A stretch of 64,000 nucleotides of DNA from an uncultured Lachnospiraceae bacterium (lineage in GTDB: Bacteria; Bacillota; Clostridia; Christensenellales; UBA1242): NCBI GenBank assembly GCA_964521165.1, contig CAZFRA010000002.1, positions 66,320-130,319 of the forward strand. Reading direction: 5' to 3'. Each line of letters opens with the position of its first letter. Within the stretch, counting starts at the first letter, position 1. Positions 31,501-37,242 of this stretch are shown one piece after another. The position numbers and the translations under genes are program-made. The notes beneath the pieces are model-generated. The model worked only from the letters and a program-made list of their open reading frames with translations. It made no database searches and was not told the DNA's origin.

Positions 31501-33157
31501 TCATATGGTGGTAAGTTCAAGTATGCAATTTGCCGGATTGTTTGCCGAAGTTGGAAGTTTGACAAGGTCGGACGCTATCGGCACACTTTTGAACTTCAAC
31601 TACGACCCTGACGAAGTGGTCTTCACCAATACGCAAGTTGTTGGCGGTGTGGCTGGTGTTCTCTACTCTGGCACAATCGTCAATGTTAACTTGGTGAGCG
31701 AAGATATTATGATAACAGGCCGAAATATCGTTGGTGGTATTGTCGGAATGGCGCTTGGCAGTTATACAATCGAAAATGTCAATTCTTCACTCTCTGCAAG
31801 GGCGACCTACTTTGTTGCCAGTGAGACTAACAATTTTAATAGCGCAATTTCTGTTTATTCTTATTATTCTTTCGCTGGCGGGATTGTCGGTGTGGCAAGC
31901 GGCTCGGGAACTTTGAAGCACCTAACTGTCGACACGGGAATTTCCGTTATCGGCGCAAAGGCGGGTGGGCTTATTGGTCTAATCGACCAAAGTGTAACAG
32001 CAACAGACCTTAATTTAGATGTAGACGAAGAATTTATGATAAACGCATTTGATTATGGCGGGCTTGTTGTTGGCGAAACAAAGGGTGCTGTCAGCGATGT
32101 TACGGTAAATGGCACAGATGAAGCGATGAGCATATTTAGCAAACTTCCAAACATTCCAACTGCTGTTGGTGGTTTTGCTGGCATAATTGGCGGCGGTGTT
32201 TTGGATAATATTTCAATCACTCAAAGTTTAACGCTCAGCACGGAAACTTCTTTAACTGGAATTGAAAATGTTGGTGGTTTAGCGGGTATTGTAAATGGCG
32301 ACACAACCATAACAAATATCGACATCGACGCCGACTTTGTTGGGTTCAGTGTTATCGGTGGTGTGATTGGTCTTATCACTGGAGATTTTGTAAGTGTGGA
32401 TATGACGAATATTAACTACTCTGGAAGCATCAGTATTTTGGCAACATCCTTAAGTGAAGCAGTTGCCGGCGGTGTGATTGGATTTGTGGACGGGCAAGTT
32501 TACATTTCCTTAACTGCCACGTTGAGTGACGAAGCAGTCAGCGATTTGGTTGACTATTATGGAAATTACGACGAAGTTTCGCTTTCTATTTCACAAGCAA
32601 CGATCGACCGAGATTTTCCAATCGACGCAAATGGACAAATTCTCGAGAGTTATCGCAATTCGGCAAACAACATAAATGTCGATGCCACCATTCTTCTTTA
32701 CGTATATAACACTAACACTATCATCCACTTTGGCGAAATTATCGGACAAATGGATAGTGGGACGGCAATGGTGTATAACACAATTTCAATCTCGTCCTTG
32801 AATGCACAGGTATATGATATGGTTTCTTCCGACCGTGAAATTGTTTCATCGACAATCACGATTGCGGAAGTAAGTTACGAAGAAACTGTGAATGATGTAA
32901 CATATAATGGATACGCTTACTCTAACACTATTACCGGAGCTTTCCTTGCGCGCAACACTTTGTTTGACGGCGATTATGTGAAGAATAGCAGTGCTGGGAA
33001 TTATCAGGCGGACACTTCGACTATAACTTCCGTTTCACCGGTTTACTATCAAGAAATCACATTCTCTTACTACAACGACTCCACATCGTCATATAACTTA
33101 AGCATCAACAATGTTGGCACTTGCGCCGGTGCCACATTCTTTGGTTTAGATGTTTAA
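22598..33157 (+). CDS. Giant (3,519 aa) surface lipoprotein with Big_2-like Ig domains and GLUG-like repeat (beta-helix-type) regions
   Basis: AAGGAG SD. The lipoprotein signal is ISAMSFLLAGLFFVGC. Big_2-like segments are VVEISSPVTNGNTTTVTVTALAGGTATIMAIT and VVSVDSYGIITTLSEGRATIRLQS. 'NIAGFDGNGYTILMGG' is present. At least a dozen G-G-[IVL]-[VAI]-G repeats occur, for example YAGGIVGYAY, YVGGIVGFAT, IVGGIVGMALG, FAGGIVGVASG, NVGGLAGIVNG, VIGGVIGLITG, VAGGVIGFVDG. There is no LPXTG motif and no C-terminal TM. Confidence 0.85.
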   Translation: MSKTIKGGIIGLISAMSFLLAGLFFVGCTYDISNVSVSASANSITLELDGMNESQDLVFTINNAPSGFSNTLKFNVDNEGVVEISSPVTNGNTTTVTVTALAGGTATIMAITEEGYKYTTVQINVIQHSETLEFNNSSLYVSNSTPFVVGDGYYYFDANTTDKNMSFYFFENDITSLTFSAIENNEIIFNSSRYTIGEQAFLFDTAYIEGDNLVVTLNGEEVARTALGSTFNFLAFYDYSSNYTVQLACINEVYILEDLDVEITGGYVTTSSDITFGVIENSEILIAPNTTGSFDASTFILKINIKNNSELVDFDFSRSEIVQIDNYDYSEEGIEGAVYYLKISYNVFNNISDSITVSVKYSQLDMNVQDSSVSFWQTFDIQVIVVPVEILLNGQGASEYSSEDNPLIVYNQYQAPEYGWQELLVSLSAGVNIQPAYSYAYIEFNVSNEELEFQQSATTSSGLEYLASISSGQRITDLSQSFQFRGHRGISADDTVSTFTIYVVCENILDNDGNPYTLSVDVYYKIVNGVTIIERNGNLGQGSTIYLDYVDALSETVILDNYLFADAIFKSISFEFVSGSNVVSFVTFENCCVDAGNSIYFLYFGVNSRAVGTGIYNIILDNGTYITITFTVVNTLKSSSTYIDISETGNIAYYSFESSNNDDFYDVLNLELLNPTELVDGTYTTIFSQTSSISFAGNIQSIDETTGADWNEGVVTYTQINTTMFTFETRANGVTQIQFRVTGYTVNENYQSTTTILIFTVNIVSYSLLTEFYYLNNGTYAVDNVIYYGSNNIPDSDRQVVLTVNASPTESFNFYQYTFTDEFLQTFADYALNSSSATGLSFTIDNTNFSQYLSSSLVQEEYDDKFIFYYVQNNTSNNTSALVTATTVRVVVGGFETEVTLIFENGFMFYVEGIISFTYTTGGNFNASLTFTNQFTIGQIGTFDLTTMTFVSQLSQQSVELVIHAYVRQRNYSRMTYDINISSEIYIAVDDISTAGAIDELIFTNSNLEETFTVYITPQNATNSNLTFEYVPTNEISDSLIEVTIVERVLGTYTVTVSAQRFYDTTDNIDEINDTLAGTLYIYPSEWGENASVILGYTPISIAISYRNGSENNRLILETADDILAIGTNEKTLSSHYEIRNIINLENASTSLITSIGIINGEVIGFSGSIVGTTSQAGIMNVNLTGNTQNVGIYYTTVGSDLYYGLFAQINEGAYIKNLAITGSFGQDIQLTNSNNYVGILTAINYGKISNVSVTISSSCNITPSSQSYIGTLAGVNYGEIVQYFSAYNADYYDSLGDDFYYTIDDVSGEFGFDNQTVKNMAYFEGLLTINATNSGNIYIGGVAGAAHGDIIRQDDTSLSIYGYSNYSAYVNILVTGGNANVYAGGIVGYAYTESILNLNNLIVGGEVDCQYQTASGSSYVGGIVGFATMEGSSELEINIFNNISRVFLRGKEYVGGIIGYDDYINYGNSGGIYYNEFDGGLIISSNSIQAVDDGRSAYDASMIIIYSDADKLNANYDDTIIFAVGNAVDGNRSFYQGLNNTSVDFEAISYINRTLIYNSIVTRNSNYSYTISEISTTHYYADYLVINGDNEILTSETFEFKSVEIGVSAEEDQFRLYSEDGSLYVYLSFYFNADSFISAQNDNLDAQDIVDDLNTFSPDSEFYPFSLETRDAEIISSTTSVVSVDSYGIITTLSEGRATIRLQSILNVQETISIYLYVVNFFNKDVEGSVFYTSNTADAEQVVNNTQINVYGSRQSTIYAVATYDYEGEDWSVSTDGVLRYQNMSIQLAQNTSLQVSVEGTDGSDGNYTKSIINGQQVTFIRKTAGQTNGSADTYNLSAYVATEIDGNTYKKVIGGSNSIEIDVRYLETATSINITSSGASMQTSDSIKETIYITSLNEELIYYRIYLVDDNGETISIVQSRMETQDSITNWTQYVNTYSSDTDLFELYFEYSDSNLFNITLSVNKNSEIYQNREFNDIYGNYVIVFYANELDAEDAVSCSYKFYLSEAEVSNITASNYSNFNDISTSDQTIVPSQYGLLEITIDPIEAEFNTFTISNDDMNYLDGAGVAMFTFVYQTSVNGIVTFIPDSEFGEYSNGVFTFTYDELMTYIDDVNAGIEDKNSHIKYNGVIYLRYLMPSSGVEDSMSIRFNVTVTYTKNNEQREAYTSIDLTTKLSNYAILSFDDKDESDVYYVARGLSYNLTLEYYGFGLSDITITVSDDSIAQITGSNRSYVLSITSDEISYTDDIGRRIVIYVNASRVVDNRTIEYTQEIVVYVMEYVFNYEYTEGVNEDIVSGMSDGVISTAIGNAYSLAIDVWDLMEYDSSNAQVVANVQTFINGLTANTTFSVHNNLTGFTYTLSSGNTIYSDYYIINGLVFTAIRLYEPEQDIYYFIVSGEYAMRNGIYLTGSNNTYEKHEIYSVFSFSIHQQSTDESPLPIESYEDFLAMEDGEYYILLTDIVLPNQDDITYDQFSPITANIAGFDGNGYTILMGGSYYYDSSVQNFGVFENIGGNNTSAVFKNISIEIYANMSVVLEASSFNIGLLATTNNAIVTNCSVTTTNNSTLSVTYTNSVSSAYVAGLVGLNTGIITNSMTSVDIITNVNLSGFVNSNSGTISSSAFRGGSLVNDTNSATEYTAGFVLQNSGEIYTSYVSGVEDDTVDAVFYQGSDDYIQSDNTVAGFVFTNSGYIGDCYTNINIQTTGSYSAGFVFTNEENGEIRTSFSLSTLSSNDTFSFGFARSNTGYIWDCYYLSQRAGIYNLTNVNGVVNNNISITVQNDVNIATSDLYTDPTRHNVQAISLQDFIICDEGDFEEYFANYAYTDNRNYNSVWFYNNENRTSDYNGKSFNLYRLELVAPNITAFSQRYLYSTEEVTDETTGLTTVVYNYVNTEEAGVTGSVYNPILLDSADHFEEYILNENDNNNYNYSYYRIINNIDYSEYTGSGNSNLYTTKFLGYIEGNFLTVSGIHMVVSSSMQFAGLFAEVGSLTRSDAIGTLLNFNYDPDEVVFTNTQVVGGVAGVLYSGTIVNVNLVSEDIMITGRNIVGGIVGMALGSYTIENVNSSLSARATYFVASETNNFNSAISVYSYYSFAGGIVGVASGSGTLKHLTVDTGISVIGAKAGGLIGLIDQSVTATDLNLDVDEEFMINAFDYGGLVVGETKGAVSDVTVNGTDEAMSIFSKLPNIPTAVGGFAGIIGGGVLDNISITQSLTLSTETSLTGIENVGGLAGIVNGDTTITNIDIDADFVGFSVIGGVIGLITGDFVSVDMTNINYSGSISILATSLSEAVAGGVIGFVDGQVYISLTATLSDEAVSDLVDYYGNYDEVSLSISQATIDRDFPIDANGQILESYRNSANNINVDATILLYVYNTNTIIHFGEIIGQMDSGTAMVYNTISISSLNAQVYDMVSSDREIVSSTITIAEVSYEETVNDVTYNGYAYSNTITGAFLARNTLFDGDYVKNSSAGNYQADTSTITSVSPVYYQEITFSYYNDSTSSYNLSINNVGTCAGATFFGLDV

Positions 33158-33324
33158 AATCGGAAAGTTTTGAGAATAATGTAGTTAAAGTTTGAAAAAT
33201 ATCAAAAATTGATTGCTTTTTTAGAAAAAATATGATATCTTATCAACGAAATTAATAAAAATTTCCACATAAGATGTCTTTTAATGCAGTTTTCTTAAAA
33301 AAATAAAAAAAATTTTTAAAAAGT

Positions 33325-33354
33325 GTTGACATTGGCGTTCAAAACTTGTTATAA
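33325..33354 (+). promoter_or_regulatory. Near-consensus SigA promoter TTGACA-18-TGtTATAAT upstream of rpoB
   Basis: TTGACA at 33325-33330, TG at 33346-33347, TATAAT at 33349-33354. Confidence 0.7.
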
Positions 33355-33409
33355 TAAGTTGGTTAATAATCTAATGTGGAAAAGAAACGCTGTTTTTAAC
33401 TAAATAATT

Positions 33410-33453
33410 AGGAAACGAGTTGACAATACCTTGTCATCTTGTTTCCTTTTTTT
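33410..33453 (+). terminator. Strong terminator-like hairpin plus T7 tract inside the rpoB leader (putative attenuator). It may also terminate the upstream giant gene.
   Basis: AGGAAACGAGTTGACAA-tacc-TTGTCATCTTGTTTCCT has 16 of 17 positions paired, including one G-U, followed by TTTTTTT. It lies ~55 nt downstream of the -10 box and 24 nt upstream of the rpoB ATG. Confidence 0.7.
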
Positions 33454-33476
33454 AAACTAATTTTTAGGGGTGTTTT

Positions 33477-36400
33477 ATGTCAGTTGCAATGAAAAAACAA
33501 AAATTCGGAAGTACAGAGAGATTTACTTTCTCTCAACTTAAAAACTATATCAATATTCCACCACTTCTTGAAATTCAGAAAAATTCTTTTCAAGATTTTT
33601 TGAAGAATGGTATAAGAGAAGTTTTAGACGAGTTTTCGCCTATCGTTGATTATAGCGGTAAGGCTAAACTCTATTTTCTCGATATTGTTATGGACAAAGA
33701 ACCGAAATATTCTCAAAAAGAATGCAAAAGAAGAAGCTCGACATATTCCATCCCTTTGAATGTTAAGGCTCGTTTTGTCGTGGAAGAAACTGGTCAAGCA
33801 GTGGAAGATGTTGTCTTTTTGGGCGACATTCCTTATATGACGAATGACTGCACTTTCATCTTCAACGGCGTTGAAAGAGTTGTTGTTAATCAAATTATCA
33901 AATCACCAAACTATTATCTTCTTCGCGATAACAATCAAGACAACTCTACTTTGGTTGGTCAAATCATTCCAAAGCGTGGGATGTATATCGAAGTAAAACA
34001 AGGTGCAAATGAAGTTTTGAATATTGTTTTGGATAGACGCAACAGAATCACGCTTGGACTTTTCCTTAAATGCTTTGGCTACACTTCCGATGAAATTTCC
34101 AAACTTTTCGGTGACCACAGGCTTGTTAAACACGTTTTGGAAAAAGAACCACAACAAACACAAGAAGAAGCGCTTTTGGAATTTGCAAGAAAAACTCGTC
34201 CTGCTGATGTTCCATCTGCTGAAACAACAAGAAGTTATTTAAACCTTTGGTTCTTCTCTGACCAATATTATAACCTTTCTCGCGTTGGAAGATACAATTT
34301 AAACAAAAAACTTTCCATTGCAAAAAGAATAACCAAACAACAAGCAGCAGAAGATGTTGTCACAGAAGACGGCGAAATTTTGGTGAGAAAAGGTATGGAA
34401 ATTGACGCCGAAACTGCCAACAAAATCAAAGCAAGCGGTATCAACGAAGTTTGGATTCAACTCCCTGACAAAAAATATCTCGTTCGTGGCAACCACAGAG
34501 TTAAACTTTCCGATGTTTTCCCTTGCGACGAAAAAGAACTTGGAATTTTGGAAGAAGTTTATTATCCAGTTTTGAAAGAAATCTTAAAAGAAAATAAATC
34601 CAAAGAGAAACGCCTTCAAGCCATCAAAGAAAGAGCGAAAGATTTGATGATAACCACACTCACTATGGACGATATTTTGGCGTCAATAAGTATGTATCTT
34701 GATGTGCTCGAAGGTATTGCAAAAACCGATAAAATTGAACACTTGTCAAACAAAAGAATTGCCACTGTTGGCGAACTTTTCTATGACCACTTCCGTTCAG
34801 GTATCACAAAACTTGTTTCGAATGTTCGTGAAACTTTGCAAGGTAAGGAACTTTCTGAAGTAACACCGCGACAAATTGTTAATCCAAAAGCAGTTAATCG
34901 CGCACTTCGTGAATTTGTGGCATCTTCGCAACTTTCACAACTTATGGACCAAGTCAATCCACTTTCTGGAATCACACAAAAACGCCGTGTTTCCGCTGTG
35001 GGTCCTGGTGGTATCAAAAAGGAAAGAGCAAACGCTGAAATCCGTGATATTCACTACACTAACTATGGACGTATTTGTCCTATTGAAACACCAGAAGGAC
35101 AGGCGATTGGTCTTGTTAACACTTTGACAAGTTATGCAAAAGTGAACGAATATGGTTTCCTTGAAACTCCATATCGAAAAGTGGATAAAGAAACAGGTGT
35201 GGTTTCTGATAAGTGCGAATATTATATGGCGGATATTGAAGACACAGCATATATCGCTCAAGCGACAGAACCACTCGACGAACAGGGTAGGTTTGTCAAC
35301 AAAAGAATTATTTGTCGTCATAAAGACTATGTTGTTGATATTCCAGCAAAACAAGTTGATTTTGTTGATGCTTCTCCAAGACAATTTATCTCTGTGGCAA
35401 CATCACTTATTCCTTTCCTTAACTCAAACGAAGCTAACCGTGCACTTATGGGTGCGAATATGCAACGTCAAGCGGTTCCACTTTTAAGACCAGAAGCCCC
35501 AGTCGTTGGAACAGGTATGGAAGAAATTGTTGCTCGTGACTGCGGACATTGCGTAATTTGCCGCAAAGACGGTGTGGTAAGTTATGTTAGTGCTGACGAA
35601 GTGAGAGTGAAAAACTCTGACGGCAATGAAGATATCTATCCACTTGTTAAATTTGAAAAAACAAACGATGAAACTTGTGTTAACCAAAAACCTTGCGTAA
35701 AGAAAGGTGATAAAGTTAAAAAAGGACAAATTATAATCGACGGGTATTCTTGCGATAATGGTGAACTCGCTCTTGGGAAGAATGTTCTTATCGGATATAT
35801 GAACTGGGAAGGCTACAACTATGAAGACGCTATCATCATCAATGAAAGATTGGTTAAAGATGATGTTTACACGTCCATTTGCCTTAAAGTTGAAGAATTG
35901 AAGTGCAGAACAACCAAACTTGGTGACGAACAAATCACTCGCGATATTCCAAACTTAGGTGAAGAAGCTCTCAAAAATCTTGACGAAAATGGTATTATTC
36001 GAATTGGTGCCGAAGTTAGACCTGGCGATATTTTGGTTGGTAAAGTTTCTCCAAAAGGCGAAACTGAATTAAGTCCAGAAGAAAGACTTCTCCGCGCTAT
36101 CTTTGGTGAAAAAGCAAGAGAAGTTCGCGACACCTCTCTTCGTGTTCAACATGGTAAAGGTGGCGTTGTTGTGGATGTTCAAGTCTTTTCAAGAAAGAAT
36201 AAAGATGAATTAGAACCAGGTGTTAACGAACTTGTTAAAGTTTTCATTGCTCAAAAGAGAAAACTTTCTGTTGGCGACAAAATGTCGGGTCGTTATGGTA
36301 ACAAAGGCGTTGTTTCCATTGTTATGCCAGAAGCAGATATGCCATTTATGGCAAACGGAAAACCACTTGATATCATTTTGAATCCATTGGGTGTTCCTGC

Positions 36401-37187
36401 TCGTATGAATTTGGGACAGGTTTTGGAAGTACATCTCGGACTTGTTGCAGGTTCACTCGGTTGGAAAGTGGCAACCCCTGCTTTTGACGGCGCAGATGTC
36501 GACAAAATCAAGGAACTTCTCATTGAAAATAACTTTCCAGAAGACGGAAAAGTGCAACTCTACGACGGACGAACGGGCGAACCTTTTGAAAACAAAACAA
36601 CCATTGGAATTAAGTATATGTTGAAACTTAACCATATGGTTGATAGCAAGATTCACGCACGTTCAATCGGTCCTTACTCACTCATCACACAACAACCACT
36701 TGGTGGTAAAGCGCTCTTTGGTGGTCAAAGATTTGGTGAAATGGAAGTTTGGGCTTTGGAAGCATATGGTGCATCTCACGTTCTTCAAGAAATGCTCACT
36801 GTCAAATCCGACGATGTGACAGGAAGAGTAAAGACTTTTGAAGCAATCGTGAAAGGCGAACCAATTTCTGAACCGGGAATTCCTGAATCCTTTAAAGTTC
36901 TTGTGAAAGAATTGCAAGCACTCGCACTTGATGTTAAGATATTGACAGAAAATGATGAAGAAATCGACTTGCCAGAACTCTCACAAGATGAACACGATAA
37001 GCCATCACTTGAAAACGAAGTGGAAAATGATCTTAAGAATGTCACACTCGACCTTGATGAACTCATCAATTCTGCAAGTGATGAAGAAAAGAAGAGTGAC
37101 ATTGAAGAAGCAATCGAAGAACAAGTATCCACACAAGGGCTTGACGATATCGATTTATTTGACGATTTCGGCGATTTTGATGAATAA
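33477..37187 (+). CDS. rpoB: DNA-directed RNA polymerase subunit beta, with an acidic C-terminal tail
   Basis: 1,236 aa. Canonical blocks are LLEIQKNSF, SQLSQFMDQ-like SQLSQLMDQVNPL, GRYGNKGVVS and NLGQVLEVHLG. The C-terminal ~80 aa is D/E-rich and ends DDIDLFDDFGDFDE. Confidence 0.98.
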   Translation: MSVAMKKQKFGSTERFTFSQLKNYINIPPLLEIQKNSFQDFLKNGIREVLDEFSPIVDYSGKAKLYFLDIVMDKEPKYSQKECKRRSSTYSIPLNVKARFVVEETGQAVEDVVFLGDIPYMTNDCTFIFNGVERVVVNQIIKSPNYYLLRDNNQDNSTLVGQIIPKRGMYIEVKQGANEVLNIVLDRRNRITLGLFLKCFGYTSDEISKLFGDHRLVKHVLEKEPQQTQEEALLEFARKTRPADVPSAETTRSYLNLWFFSDQYYNLSRVGRYNLNKKLSIAKRITKQQAAEDVVTEDGEILVRKGMEIDAETANKIKASGINEVWIQLPDKKYLVRGNHRVKLSDVFPCDEKELGILEEVYYPVLKEILKENKSKEKRLQAIKERAKDLMITTLTMDDILASISMYLDVLEGIAKTDKIEHLSNKRIATVGELFYDHFRSGITKLVSNVRETLQGKELSEVTPRQIVNPKAVNRALREFVASSQLSQLMDQVNPLSGITQKRRVSAVGPGGIKKERANAEIRDIHYTNYGRICPIETPEGQAIGLVNTLTSYAKVNEYGFLETPYRKVDKETGVVSDKCEYYMADIEDTAYIAQATEPLDEQGRFVNKRIICRHKDYVVDIPAKQVDFVDASPRQFISVATSLIPFLNSNEANRALMGANMQRQAVPLLRPEAPVVGTGMEEIVARDCGHCVICRKDGVVSYVSADEVRVKNSDGNEDIYPLVKFEKTNDETCVNQKPCVKKGDKVKKGQIIIDGYSCDNGELALGKNVLIGYMNWEGYNYEDAIIINERLVKDDVYTSICLKVEELKCRTTKLGDEQITRDIPNLGEEALKNLDENGIIRIGAEVRPGDILVGKVSPKGETELSPEERLLRAIFGEKAREVRDTSLRVQHGKGGVVVDVQVFSRKNKDELEPGVNELVKVFIAQKRKLSVGDKMSGRYGNKGVVSIVMPEADMPFMANGKPLDIILNPLGVPARMNLGQVLEVHLGLVAGSLGWKVATPAFDGADVDKIKELLIENNFPEDGKVQLYDGRTGEPFENKTTIGIKYMLKLNHMVDSKIHARSIGPYSLITQQPLGGKALFGGQRFGEMEVWALEAYGASHVLQEMLTVKSDDVTGRVKTFEAIVKGEPISEPGIPESFKVLVKELQALALDVKILTENDEEIDLPELSQDEHDKPSLENEVENDLKNVTLDLDELINSASDEEKKSDIEEAIEEQVSTQGLDDIDLFDDFGDFDE

Positions 37188-37242
37188 AGAGAGTATACAC
37201 TTACAAAAGAGAATATATATTAAATAATTTTAGGGGATTGTT

